From positions 128,001 to 192,000 of the forward strand of contig CBDCYI010000004.1 in NCBI GenBank assembly GCA_965224085.1: a DNA stretch of 64,000 nt, read 5' to 3'. The notes below the pieces were generated by a model. It had not been told where the DNA came from. It ran no database searches and worked only from the letters and a program-made list of their open reading frames with translations. Source of the DNA: Candidatus Marinacidobacterales bacterium. Lineage in GTDB: Bacteria > Acidobacteriota > Vicinamibacteria > Marinacidobacterales > SMYC01. Position numbers and translations under genes: made by a program. Within the stretch, counting starts at the first letter, position 1. Each line of letters starts with the position of its first letter. Below are positions 20,234 through 30,587 of this stretch, piece by piece.

Positions 20234-22801
20234 GTGTCGCAAAGGCGCGCTCTGCTTCTCCTGACGTTCTTTATCAGCGGAATCGCGGCGCTCATTTTCG
20301 AGCTCGCGTGGACGCGACTTCTTCTACTCTCCATGGGAACGACGGCCACGGCCGTTGGCATCGTGCTCGGCGCCTTCATGAGCGGGATGGCGCTCGGAAG
20401 CACTTTGAGCGGACATCCTCGAGTTGAGAAGCTCAACCCCGTCTTGACCTTCGCCGCGCTCGAAGCGTTTATCGGAATCTACGCACTCGCGTCACCGATG
20501 ATTCTAGGCGCTGTTGGGAATGTCGCCGGCCAAGAGCTTCGCTTTTTTCTCGCACTCGTGTCTTTGCTCCCTGCGACGGTGGCCATGGGCGCTTCGCTCC
20601 CGGTGCTCGTGCGCGCTCTCTCCGCCTCCGGGGGTGGTGCCATCGCCGTGAGCCTGGGGACACTCTACGCCGCCAATACGGCGGGCGCGGTGCTCGGACC
20701 GCTGCTCGCGGTCTTCTGGCTCTTCCCGAGCGTCGGTCTCACGGCGACACTTTGGGTCGGTGCCGGCCTCGATTTTCTTGTCGCGACGACACTCGTTGTG
20801 GCACATCGTCGTTTCTCGTCACCTCCCGTGCACGCAGTTGAAGGGAAGCGGAGCCCGGTGTCGTGGCTCGTGCTCGCCACAGTCGCGATCTCGGGTGCGA
20901 GCGCCATGGTGTACGAGGTCGCTTGGGGGCGCACGCTTTCGATGGTCTATGGCTCTTCGGTCTACGGCGTCTCGATCATGCTCTCAACTTTTCTGCTCGG
21001 CATTACTCTAGGCGCCGGGCTCGCGTCCTATCTCCTGTACCGCCATCCGACAGAGCAACCGCTGCCACGACTGTCCAAGACCCTCGTGGCCTCGGCTACG
21101 CTCGCCTTTTTTAGCCTCATCATCGCGAGGAGCCTCCCGTTTCTTTTCTTGAATTTATACACGTCGATCGAGGCCCGAGAGGGCACGCTCTTTCTGTCGC
21201 AGTTCATCATCGCAGCGCTTCTCATGCTCCCGTCAACCATGGCGCTTGGGGCCACGCTCCCGCTTGCCGCCGATGCCCTCCCCAAACCACGGAGGAGCGC
21301 CCACGTTGCCAAACTCTATAGTTGGAACCTCATCGGCTCGGCGTCCGGCGCTATCACCGCCTCAGTTTTGCTCCTAGCGAGCTTAGGCGTCGACTTCACG
21401 ATACGAGGCGCCGCCGTCGTGGCGCTCGGCATGGCCATCCTGCTCCTCACGCGCTCCGGCCGGTTCTCCGTCCCCACCGCGGCGATGGCGGGCTCTTTCA
21501 TCCTCATCATCCTCGCGCTCGATCCGAGCGGCGCGCGCGTCATGAAGAGTTTCGGCGTTTATAGCGGAGCACGAACCTATGCGAGTTACGAGATCGGACA
21601 GCTGCGCGACATCGTCGCGAGCCACGAGCTGCTCTATTATCGTGACGGCCCGACAGCGACGGTCGCGGTGCAACAGATCGAGCGCTTTCGTCTTCTGAAG
21701 ATCAACGGCAAGACGGACGCTTCGAATGGGCCGGGTGACGTCGCGACGCAGCTTCTTCTCGGTCATCTGCCGTTTCTCCTGAAGGACGCGAAGCGGATCG
21801 GCGTGATCGGCTGGGGAAGCGGTATGACCGTCGGCGCCGTGCTGCGGCATTCCGTGGAGCGTGTCGATGCGTTCGAGATCGAGCCGGCCGTCATCGAAGC
21901 GTCCCGTTTCTTCGAGCCCTTGAATGGGCAACCCCTCGACGACGAGCGCGTCGTGCTCGTTCTCGCCGACGCGCGCAACCAACTACAGCGTGGCGAAAGC
22001 ACCTACGATGTCATCATCTCGGAACCTTCGAATCCTTGGATCACCGGCGTTTCCAATCTATTCACGAAGGACTTCTTCGAGATCGCCGCCGAGCGTCTCG
22101 AGCCCGACGGCCTCCTTTGCCAGTGGTTTCACCTCTACGGCATGTCCGAAGAGTCGACGCGCTCGCTCATCGCGACGTTTCGCGAAGTATTCCCGTACGT
22201 CATCGCGTTTCAAGATCGCGACCTCATTCTCATCGGCGGCCGCAACCCTCTCGAGCTCTCACTCGATCGCCTCGACGCGTTCTATCGCGACCCGGAGATC
22301 CACGAAAGCCTGACTCGCGCGGAGATGCAATATCCGAGCGACATCCTCGCGAGCATGACGCTCGACGCCGACGGCACCGCGGCGTTTTCGGATGGCACGA
22401 GGCTCAACACCGATGACAACATGTATCTTGAGCTTCAGGCGCCACGCTCCTTGTATCGTGACAACATCGAGGCGATCCTCGTCACCATGCGCGAGCATCC
22501 TCCCAATGTCCTGGCGCACCTCACCGATGTGGAATCCGAGACCGAAGTGCGGCTCGAGCTCGCGGCGTCCTACTTCACCGCGGAGCGGCTCGAGGAAGCG
22601 CTCGTGCAAACGGAAGAGGCCGTCGCGATCGAATCCTCTTTCGAAGGGCAGAAGCTACGGGGTCAAGTTCTGCAACAGCTCGGGCGTGACGACGAGGCGA
22701 AGGCGGCGCTGCAGCACGCGCTCGACGAGGGCGGCGACGATGCAGGACGCCGCTTCGTGGAGGCGATGCTGCGCGCGCTCGACGCCCCCGCGGGTCCCTA
22801 G
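20234..22801 (+). CDS. Fused MFS/spermidine synthase family protein
   Basis: SGIAALIFELAW, LYAANTAGA, IGWGSGMT, DVIISEPSNPW. Confidence 0.9.
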   Translation: MSQRRALLLLTFFISGIAALIFELAWTRLLLLSMGTTATAVGIVLGAFMSGMALGSTLSGHPRVEKLNPVLTFAALEAFIGIYALASPMILGAVGNVAGQELRFFLALVSLLPATVAMGASLPVLVRALSASGGGAIAVSLGTLYAANTAGAVLGPLLAVFWLFPSVGLTATLWVGAGLDFLVATTLVVAHRRFSSPPVHAVEGKRSPVSWLVLATVAISGASAMVYEVAWGRTLSMVYGSSVYGVSIMLSTFLLGITLGAGLASYLLYRHPTEQPLPRLSKTLVASATLAFFSLIIARSLPFLFLNLYTSIEAREGTLFLSQFIIAALLMLPSTMALGATLPLAADALPKPRRSAHVAKLYSWNLIGSASGAITASVLLLASLGVDFTIRGAAVVALGMAILLLTRSGRFSVPTAAMAGSFILIILALDPSGARVMKSFGVYSGARTYASYEIGQLRDIVASHELLYYRDGPTATVAVQQIERFRLLKINGKTDASNGPGDVATQLLLGHLPFLLKDAKRIGVIGWGSGMTVGAVLRHSVERVDAFEIEPAVIEASRFFEPLNGQPLDDERVVLVLADARNQLQRGESTYDVIISEPSNPWITGVSNLFTKDFFEIAAERLEPDGLLCQWFHLYGMSEESTRSLIATFREVFPYVIAFQDRDLILIGGRNPLELSLDRLDAFYRDPEIHESLTRAEMQYPSDILASMTLDADGTAAFSDGTRLNTDDNMYLELQAPRSLYRDNIEAILVTMREHPPNVLAHLTDVESETEVRLELAASYFTAERLEEALVQTEEAVAIESSFEGQKLRGQVLQQLGRDDEAKAALQHALDEGGDDAGRRFVEAMLRALDAPAGP

Positions 22802-22897
22802 CGTCCCCGCCATACGGGATCCTCGCGCGTCCGGGAATACCGCGAGCGGGTTAACTCCGAAGATAGGGCGTGTGCTATTTTCCCGATGAGGTCGAAC

Positions 22898-25800
22898 ATG
22901 AAAGCCAAATGCTCGTTGTTGAGTCTCGTGCTCGTTTGCGCAGGTGCTGTCGCGGTGGAGGCTGCCGGCGCGGTAGAGGCGTCGCTCTTTCAAAGCTTTC
23001 GCTACCGGCTCATTGGCCCGTTTCGGGCGAGCCGAACCGTCGGCGGCGTGGGCATCCCGACGCAGCCGAACGTGTTCTTCGCCGGTGTGAACAATGGCGG
23101 CGTATGGAAGACGGACGATTTCGGCCGCACGTGGAGGCCCATCTTCGACGACGCGCCAACGGGATCGGTCGGCGATCTCGCGGTATCGCCGTCTCATCCG
23201 AATGTCATCTACGTCGGCACGGGCGAAGGTCTTCATCGCCCCGACCTCGGCGTCGGCGACGGGATCTTCAAATCCATCGACGGCGGCGACACGTGGGAGC
23301 ATGTTGGGCTTTCGGACGTACAGCAGGTCGGCCGGCTCGTCGTGCATCCAACGGAACCCGACGTGGTCTTCGTCGCTGGCCTCGGGCACCCATACGGGCC
23401 GAACGACGAGCGCGGTGTCTTTCGTACCACGGACGGTGCCACGACCTGGAGCAAGGTGCTCTGGGTCGACCACAACACGGGCGCCACCGCGGTTGAGCTC
23501 GACCCGAGCGACCCGCGCACAGTGTACGCGGCTTTGTGGGAGCATCGTGAAGGGCCGTGGGAGAACGCGCGCTTCTCGGGCACCGCTACGGGTCTCTACA
23601 AATCAACGGATGGCGGCGATACATGGGTGCGGTTGAGCGAAGGCTTGCCATCTGAGAACTGGGGACCGCTTTTCATCGGCATATCACCAAGCAACGCAGA
23701 CCGACTATACCTGACGGTCAGCGCCCGCGGCGGGGGAGGCCTTTTCCGCTCCGACGATGGCGGCGCGAGCTGGACGCAAACTTCCGACGATCCGCGACTC
23801 GGCGGTGACGTGCGGGTCCATCCCGAGAATCCCGACATCGTGTTCGTCGGCACGATCGCCGCGTATCGATCGGACGATGGAGGCCATACGTGGACGTCGA
23901 TCAAAGGCGCGCCGGGCGGAGACGACTATCAACGCATCTGGATCAATCCAGAAAATCCCGACATCATGCTCTTCACTGCCGACCAGGGGGCCACGATCAC
24001 GGTGAATGGCGGCCGCACGTGGAGCTCCTGGTACAACCAACCAACCGCGCAGCTCTACCACGTGTCGACGGACAGCCAATTCCCTTACTGGGTGTATGGC
24101 GGCCAGCAGGAAAGCGGCGCGATCGGAACGGCGAGCCGCGGCAATGGTGGCCAGATCTCCTTTCGTGACTGGGTGGGCATCGGGGCCGATGAATACGCCT
24201 ATGTCGCGCCGGATCCACTGAACCCCGACATTATTTATGGAGGGCGCGTGATGCGCTTCGACAAACGCACCGGACAGACGCAGAACGTGGCGCCAGAAGC
24301 GCTTCGTTCGGGGAAGTACCGCATCCTGCGGACGATGCCTCTCGTGTTCCACCCGGCCGAGCCACGCCTGTTGCTCTTCGCGACAAACGTGCTCTGGAAG
24401 ACGACGAGCGGCGGCCAGCAGTGGGAGGTGATGAGCCCGGACCTTTCCCGGGAGCGACCCGAAGTCCCGGAGAGCATCGGTGACTTTTACACGACCGAAT
24501 TCGAAACGATGCCACAGAGGGGCGTGATCTATGCGCTCGGCCCGTCGCCTCTCGACGTCGATACGATTTGGGCGGGCACGGATGACGGGCTCGTACACGT
24601 GACGCGGGATGGCGGCAAGACTTGGCGCGACGTCACGCCGCCGGAGCTCCGTGCATGGGACAAAGTCTCTCAAATCGACGCCGGACATTTCCACGTCGAC
24701 ACCGCGTATATCGCCATCAACGCGATTCGGCGCGACGATATGCGGCCGCATATCTACCGTACGCATGACGGCGGCGCCACGTGGACGCGTGTCGTGAACG
24801 GTCTGCACGAGATGGGCCCCGTCAACGTCGTGCGCGAGGACCCGAAGCAGGCCGGACTCTTGTTCGCGGGAACAGAACGCGAGACTTACTTCTCGGGCGA
24901 TGACGGCGACACGTGGCAATCGCTTCGGATGAACATGCCGGCCTCTTCAATCCGAGACCTCGTCATCCACGATAACGACCTCGTCGTCGGAACCCACGGC
25001 CGCTCGATCTGGATCCTCGACAACATCGCGCCGCTGCGCGCGCTCGGCGAGGCACAGGACGCCGAGGGCGGCTTTCTCTTCGCGCCGCCGACGGCAACGC
25101 GCGTGCGCTGGAACATGTTTGGCGACACACCGCTTCCACCCGAAGAGCCTGCCGGCGAGAACCCGCCGGACGGAGCCATTCTGGACTACGTCCTTGCCCG
25201 AAGCGCTTCCGAAGTCACGCTGGAAGTCTTGGAGGGGAGTGAGTTGATCCGGCGCTACTCGAGCCAAAATGCCCCTGAAGAGGTGACTCCAACCTCGCTC
25301 CGGCACCCGACCTATTGGATTCGTCCGCCCCAGAACCTCGCCACCGACCCCGGGCATCATCGCTTCGTCTGGGATCTCCGTCACACACCTCCGCCAGGAA
25401 GCGGAAGGTCCTTCGCAATCGCCGCCGTTTACGGGCGCACCCCCGTAAGCCCGGCGGGCCCGCTCGTCCACCCGGGCATCTATACGATCCGCCTCACCGT
25501 CGATGGGATTGTTTCCGAGCGCGAGCTCCGCGTTCGCATGGATCCTCGGGTTGAAATCAGCGATGAGGCGCTGAAGCTTCAAACCGAGAACACGATGGCG
25601 TGCTACCGAGGTTATCTGACGGCACAAGATCTGCGGGAGGCGATCGAGACCGCATCGCTCGCGGAAGGGGCACAGGAGGCGTGGAGCACACTTCGCGGCG
25701 CGCGCTTACCTGGCGCCGCCGACACGCTCTACGGCAGCATTTACGAAACATCACCTGAAGAAGAAACGGTGACGGGACTCCAGCAGAAGTTTCTCTACAT

Positions 25801-25915
25801 GATGACGCTGCTTCAGCAAGCGGATGCCCGGCCGACCGCGCAAGCGATCCGAGCTGTAGAGCAACTTACTGGGACGCTTCAGGCTCTCTCCCAACGCTGG
25901 GCCGCGATGCGCTAG
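22898..25915 (+). CDS. Secreted VPS10/sortilin-like BNR-repeat (glycosyl hydrolase-like) protein
   Basis: Many SxDGGxTW Asp-boxes; signal peptide. Confidence 0.9.
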   Translation: MKAKCSLLSLVLVCAGAVAVEAAGAVEASLFQSFRYRLIGPFRASRTVGGVGIPTQPNVFFAGVNNGGVWKTDDFGRTWRPIFDDAPTGSVGDLAVSPSHPNVIYVGTGEGLHRPDLGVGDGIFKSIDGGDTWEHVGLSDVQQVGRLVVHPTEPDVVFVAGLGHPYGPNDERGVFRTTDGATTWSKVLWVDHNTGATAVELDPSDPRTVYAALWEHREGPWENARFSGTATGLYKSTDGGDTWVRLSEGLPSENWGPLFIGISPSNADRLYLTVSARGGGGLFRSDDGGASWTQTSDDPRLGGDVRVHPENPDIVFVGTIAAYRSDDGGHTWTSIKGAPGGDDYQRIWINPENPDIMLFTADQGATITVNGGRTWSSWYNQPTAQLYHVSTDSQFPYWVYGGQQESGAIGTASRGNGGQISFRDWVGIGADEYAYVAPDPLNPDIIYGGRVMRFDKRTGQTQNVAPEALRSGKYRILRTMPLVFHPAEPRLLLFATNVLWKTTSGGQQWEVMSPDLSRERPEVPESIGDFYTTEFETMPQRGVIYALGPSPLDVDTIWAGTDDGLVHVTRDGGKTWRDVTPPELRAWDKVSQIDAGHFHVDTAYIAINAIRRDDMRPHIYRTHDGGATWTRVVNGLHEMGPVNVVREDPKQAGLLFAGTERETYFSGDDGDTWQSLRMNMPASSIRDLVIHDNDLVVGTHGRSIWILDNIAPLRALGEAQDAEGGFLFAPPTATRVRWNMFGDTPLPPEEPAGENPPDGAILDYVLARSASEVTLEVLEGSELIRRYSSQNAPEEVTPTSLRHPTYWIRPPQNLATDPGHHRFVWDLRHTPPPGSGRSFAIAAVYGRTPVSPAGPLVHPGIYTIRLTVDGIVSERELRVRMDPRVEISDEALKLQTENTMACYRGYLTAQDLREAIETASLAEGAQEAWSTLRGARLPGAADTLYGSIYETSPEEETVTGLQQKFLYMMTLLQQADARPTAQAIRAVEQLTGTLQALSQRWAAMR

Positions 25916-25959
25916 AGGAAGGTCGCTTCCACGAACGATTCCACCCTGTCGGAGAGTCA

Positions 25960-26079
25960 CACCGTGGATTTCGAGGGCGAGCCATCCACTTCATTGGTCG
26001 TGACGACCCTATTCGCAACGAGGAAGTCGCAGGCAGACCGAAAGATCTCGCGGACGTTTCACGATTGCGCAACGAATAG
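25960..26079 (+). pseudogene. C-terminal fragment of a nucleotidyltransferase-like (TA-associated) protein
   Basis: IHFIGRDDPIRNEEVAGRPKDLADVSRL*, resembling the K..GR.KD..D motif. Confidence 0.5.
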
Positions 26080-26214
26080 CTCAAAAGCCCCGGAGCAACA
26101 GGGCGTTCCAGCAGAACACCATGGCGCCGAATGCGCGTAACTCTTGGTTACGCTCGCTTCAACCCAGGTCCTCAACTGAGGCGTCATTTCAGCGAATCTC
26201 GTCAGGATTTCTTT

Positions 26215-26327
26215 GTCATGGTTCGATGGGCGGCACGGCGATGACGTCACCGAAGTCGCCGCCGTCTTAAGATAACTCGCCACACTACCGAAGGCTCTGT
26301 GCCGTCCGCTCGATCTGATCGTTATCC
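26215..26327 (-). repeat. Degenerate attC-like site
   Basis: GGATAAC...GATCGAGCGGACGGC just after the ParE stop codon; imperfect partner arm GCCGTGCCGCCCATC; R' box decayed. Confidence 0.5.
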
Positions 26328-26343
26328 CGTTTCTGCAAAGACG

Positions 26344-26500
26344 CTAGGCCTTCCAGTGGACGTCCTCCCGGTGGAGATGGACTACTGCGAAGACGCTGAT
26401 CTTGCTGCCACGAACTCGGTAAAAAACGCCGTAGGGAAAGTGCCGCGTGATTGCGTGGCGGATATTGCGGTGAAGAACCCGATACTGCTCAGGGTTCGAC
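26344..26500 (-). pseudogene. RelE/ParE-family toxin, C-terminal fragment
   Basis: NPEQYRVLHRNIRHAITRHFPYGVFYRVRGSKISVFAVVHLHREDVHWKA*. Confidence 0.8.
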
Positions 26501-26502
26501 TC

Positions 26503-26588
26503 GAGCGGCGGCACTGCGAGGGCGTTGACGAAACCTTGACTCTATCAAGTCGTTTTGCGTCTTCACGAAGGCTTGGTGCCGTCCGCTC
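26503..26588 (-). repeat. attC-like stem lacking R boxes
   Basis: GAGCGGACGGCAC...GTGCCGCCGCTC stem with one extra base; similar to the other attC-like arms. Confidence 0.5.
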
Positions 26589-26682
26589 AAACTCAGAGAT
26601 CCTCATACAGGCCCCCTCCCGCGTACTCCCAGCATTGGGAGTACGCTAGGGAGGATTCAACTCACCTAAAGGAGAGAGCCTG

Positions 26683-27557
26683 ATGAGATTCTACAATACG
26701 AGCCACTTGTATTACTGCGGCATCGACCTGCACGCGAAGTCGATGTACCTGTGCGTGCTCGATCAAGAAGGCAAGACCCTGCTCCATCGCAATTTTCCTA
26801 CGCAGCCCGAGATCTTCCTCAAGGCCATCGCGCCTTTCGCGAAGACCTCGTCGTCGCAGTCGAGTGCATCTTCACTTGGTATTGGCTCGCCGACCTTTGT
26901 GCCCGCGAGGGTATCGCCTTCGTACTCGGTCATGCTCTGTACATGAAGGCGATTCATGGTGGCAAGGCGAAGAACGATCGTATCGACGCTCTCAAGATCG
27001 CTACGCTTGTTCGCGGTGGCATGTTGCCGCAAGCCTATGTCTATCCACAGAAAATGCGCTCCACGCGCGACCTGCTTCGCCGTCGACTCACCTTGGTCAG
27101 ACAACGAGGCGAGCTTTTAGCCCATATTCAAAACACGCACCATCAGTACAATCTGCCAACGCCCAAGGCTCGTATCAACAACCGGTGCAATCGCGAAGGC
27201 ATTGCAGAAGAATTCTCCGATGCTGCTGCGTCCAAGAGCGTTGCCGCAGACATCGAGCTCGCCGGGCACTACGACGCGCTCATCAAAGACCTCGAGCTCT
27301 ATCTCACCGCTCAGGTCAAAATTCATGACCAGGACAACTTCCTCGGGCTTCGCTCCATCCCCGGCACCGGCAAGGTCCTCGCCTTGACCTTCATCTACGA
27401 GATTCACGATATCGACCGATTCGAGCGTGTACAAAACTTCGCTTCCTACGCCCGATTGGTCAAGTGCGAGAAAAGCTCCGCTGGGAAACGAACTGGTTCC
27501 GGCGGCAATAAAATCGGCAATGTCCACTTGAAGTGGGCTTTCTCAGAAGCCGCTGTC
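26683..27557 (+). mobile_element. IS110-family transposase pseudogene (frameshift near 26835, 3'-truncated)
   Basis: CGIDLH, AVEC, KNDRIDA, SIPGTG, SSAGK, KWAFSEAAV, then an abrupt change of sequence. Confidence 0.9.
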
Positions 27558-27803
27558 AGGGCATCGGCTTTTCGTTCGGGACTTCGCTGGTGCTGAGGCT
27601 ACCGCAATGTCCGCAGCACCGAGTGCCATGCCAGATTGCAGCCTCGAACCATTTGGTTGCCGCTTCATCGGTCGGGAACATGTCCATGAGCTGAACAACG
27701 GTTATGCCTTCCCGGTGCCCTCGCCCTGGGGAGTTGTATCGCGTCATCATGATCGTAGAATACACGATCACGGGCGCCTTGTCAAGCGTTTCTTATAATT
27801 CCC
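27556..27803 (-). mobile_element. IS1595-family left-end remnant (terminal repeat, promoter and N-terminal Zn-ribbon of the transposase)
   Basis: GGGAATTATAAG end, TTGACA-17-TATTCT, then MFPTDEAATKWFEAAIW...CGHCGS. Confidence 0.75.
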
Positions 27804-28227
27804 TTTCCGTTCGTGCATGCAGGTTCTCCTTTCGGAGGCCCCACAGGGTCTTTCCGGAGGGGGAACCTAGCACACGCCGGATCGCTCGAAGCTCTTCGGG
27901 TCACGCCGCCAGAGGCGGCGCGTTTATTAGCGGACTAATGTGTTTCTAGTGCCGCAGGATGCTCGATATCTTGCACCGTCAACGTGAAACCTTACCGATT
28001 CACTTAGATCTCGACGGCTGAGCCTCTATAGGAGTTTGGTACAGAGCTTTCGTTTCAACGTACCAGCAGTCCTGAAACGAAGTCAGAGCTATTTCCGCGA
28101 GCATTCGACACTCTTGCTCAGGTACGAGACCGTGCCTTCGCCGAGATCTGCCTGTTGACAAACGGGGGCCTGATAGGGGTTAGACGACTCCCTCATCATG
28201 ATGACTCTGCTCCGTCGGGTTGCCGAA

Positions 28228-28434
28228 CTAGTCGCTGTTGCTCTCGAACTTGGCGATGAGTTCGCGAACGGCAGGCAAAAGCTTGTTCGGGACCTCGACG
28301 AAAGTTTGCGTCGAGCTATCGTGGGCGGCCTCATCCTCGGCGACTGCCTCCTCTTCGCTCTGACTTTCATAATGTGCGAGCAATTTTCGCACCCGAGCCT
28401 CGTCCCAGCCCGATGGGAACTCGCTTTGTTTCAT
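28228..28434 (-). CDS. Small acidic putative antitoxin
   Basis: FPSGWDEARVRKLLAHYESQSEEEAVAEDEAA; overlaps the end of the upstream toxin-like gene. Confidence 0.7.
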   Translation of the reverse strand: MKQSEFPSGWDEARVRKLLAHYESQSEEEAVAEDEAAHDSSTQTFVEVPNKLLPAVRELIAKFESNSD

Positions 28435-28671
28435 CGTCTCTTCCTTCGGCGTCTACGATATGCCAGAAGCGGCTTGCCCTTGAGCTCGTACGCGGTGATC
28501 ACGAAGACGCTGTCCGCGTCAAGGTCCGGAACGTAGATGACCCGAAGGTAACGACCGGCTTCGGTTTGCCCGATGGCGACTCGAGAACCTCCTCGACCTC
28601 TTCTTCGACACATCGTGATCATAAATGTGAGGCCGGCCTGTGGCTGGGCCGACATAGAACCGAACCCTCAT
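28431..28671 (-). pseudogene. BrnT/DUF4258-like toxin, frameshifted
   Basis: MRVRFYV...PHIYDHDV / EVEEVL / AIGQTEAGRYLRVIY...FVITAYEL lie in different frames. Confidence 0.65.
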
Positions 28672-28729
28672 TTACTTCGATTGTACCTCGACCGGTCGGT
28701 GTCCCGCTGCGTAGGCGGGACTCTAAGTC

Positions 28730-28850
28730 GTCTAACGTGGCGATGAGCGGCGAGGCCGGCGCCACCAAGAATGCTTCGCCTTCCAGAGAGGCAACTTTTG
28801 GCTAGTTCTCAAACGGAGAGGGCCGCGTCCGCTCGATCGCCGTGTTACGC
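28730..28850 (-). repeat. Integron attC site (121 bp)
   Basis: Minus strand GCGTAAC-ACGGCGATCGAGCGG...CCGCTCATCGCCAC-GTTAGAC. Extra C in the 5' arm. The upstream gene's TAA lies inside R''. Confidence 0.8.
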
Positions 28851-29086
28851 GGGCACTCTAATGAGCGAGTGCAGAAACTCCGGGGCGAAGTCGGCACCGT
28901 TTGGCCATGTCACTGTGTGCAGATCCGGATGCACCTGAAAGAACGAAACGTCTGCACATCCCGAAGGGGCTCAAAAACTGGACCAGTCAACTCGCCCCGC
29001 AAGTCGACTTCTCCTTCTACGCCGTCGGTGAAACGGAGCCACAAAACAAAGTCTCGTACATACCGTGCTTCCTCAAGTCGTACCAT
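28845..29086 (-). pseudogene. DUF2442 antitoxin-like protein, frameshifted near 28935
   Basis: LWLRFTDGVEGEVDL...GPVFEPL / TVTWPNGADFAPEFLH. Confidence 0.8.
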
Positions 29087-29091
29087 AGTCG

Positions 29092-29337
29092 TTACTCCAG
29101 CGGTTCGATTGGCTCCAGAGGCTCGCTCTTGCGCGCGCGTTCCCAGTTGGACTCGAGTTCGCTCCTGTGCAACTCGTACCATTCCAAAACATGGCGAAGA
29201 GCTCGTTTCGGAAACTTCCCGGTGACAACGCCTTCTGCTATTTCCACCGTGACCTCATATTCACCGTACTTCGCGTGAAAATGCGCTGGTCCATGATCGC
29301 GATAGTAAATCGCGATGACGATCCCGAGAAAGCGATT
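29092..29337 (-). pseudogene. DUF4160 toxin-like protein, start lost and 3' frameshift
   Basis: RFLGIVIAIYYRDHGPAHFHAKYG...VLEWYELH..EL..NW. Confidence 0.8.
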
Positions 29338-29417
29338 AAATCAACCCCCGGAAAGGGACACTGAAACTAGAATACCGCGTCCAGCGTGGATCGTGCGAGC
29401 CACACGCGGTCCTCCTC

Positions 29418-30587
29418 TCATCCCAGCTCCCCATACAGCTCGATCAGCTCGTGGACGCGCGTCGACCACGAAAATTCCCCTTCCGCGATCCGGCGGCCTT
29501 CATGGCCCCATTCGGCCAGCATCTCGCTCTCCGTGACGGCCGCGGCGATCGTGCGCGCGAGCGCGTCGACGTCGGCGGGTGGCACCAGGATCCCGGAAAC
29601 GCCATCGATGATCTTGTCGGGGATGCCGCCGACGCGCGTCGCGATGATAGGCTTGCTGTGCGCCATCGCTTCGAGCGTGACCATGGAGCTTCCTTCGTAT
29701 CGTGTCGGGTGGACGAATAGGTTCGCCCGTTTGTAGAGCGCGTGGAGTTGCTCGTCGGAGGCGGAGCCCACGAGCGATGTCTTGGGACCAATGCCTCGCT
29801 CGTTTACGACGCGCTCGATCGTCTTCCGCTCCGGACCGTCACCGACGAGGACCCACTTCCAATGCTCCGGCATCTCGTCCCGAATCTCACCGAGCGCGGT
29901 CGCCAGATCCGCAAAGCCTTTGTTCGCTTCGAGGCGGCCGACGGATAGCAGCAAGGTGTCCCGCGCGTCAAGCTCGAGCACGGACACATCGCCGTCGGAT
30001 CTTTGATCGATCTCCTCGATGTCGATGGCGTTGGGAATCACTGCGATTTTTTCCGGCTCGACGCCGAGTAGCCTCCGCACCTCCTCCTTCATCGAATGGT
30101 CCGGGGCAATCACGCGCGCCGCTCGGGAGGCCGCATAGCGGATCGCGTTTCGGAGCGGGAAGTAGGCAGCCCGCTTGAGGGCCGTCGTTTTGAACTCTTC
30201 CATCCCGTGCGGGTGGAGCACGAGCGGCGCGTGTTTTTCGACGCTGAGTCTTGCGTAGCCGAAACCCGCGCCACCGTCCGCTTGGACGATGTCGGGCTCG
30301 AAAGATCCGATGAGCTCGCGCGCGGCGCGCACGCTCCAGATCAAGTAGTTCGTGTTGCGTTCGAGCACGACGAAGCCGGGACGGCGCGGCCATGGGAGCA
30401 TACGAGACGAGGTGAACGTAAAGGTCTCGTCGCGCGGCTCCGAGAACTCTTGAACGGGCGGCGTCGTGAAAACCCGCACGTCGCAGCCAGCGCGCTCGAG
30501 GTAGCGCTTGAGCGCCGCGGTGTGCCGCTCCAGTCCACCATGGCCGTGCAACGGGTGGATGGCGCGCGTGAGAAGAGCGATCTTCAT
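29418..30587 (-). CDS. Glycosyltransferase family 4
   Basis: GRLEANKG, EGSSMVTLEAMA (EX7E), VGGIPD. Confidence 0.9.
   Translation of the reverse strand: MKIALLTRAIHPLHGHGGLERHTAALKRYLERAGCDVRVFTTPPVQEFSEPRDETFTFTSSRMLPWPRRPGFVVLERNTNYLIWSVRAARELIGSFEPDIVQADGGAGFGYARLSVEKHAPLVLHPHGMEEFKTTALKRAAYFPLRNAIRYAASRAARVIAPDHSMKEEVRRLLGVEPEKIAVIPNAIDIEEIDQRSDGDVSVLELDARDTLLLSVGRLEANKGFADLATALGEIRDEMPEHWKWVLVGDGPERKTIERVVNERGIGPKTSLVGSASDEQLHALYKRANLFVHPTRYEGSSMVTLEAMAHSKPIIATRVGGIPDKIIDGVSGILVPPADVDALARTIAAAVTESEMLAEWGHEGRRIAEGEFSWSTRVHELIELYGELG

Noticed and set aside
26382-26606. 74-aa minus-strand ORF as the toxin N-terminus
   Set aside because: Its 5' half coincides with an attC-like stem, and the ParE similarity is in another frame.
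26600-26682. Bridge RNA for the first IS110
   Set aside because: The upstream non-coding stretch is short and the 3' end is deleted, so ends and guides cannot be defined.
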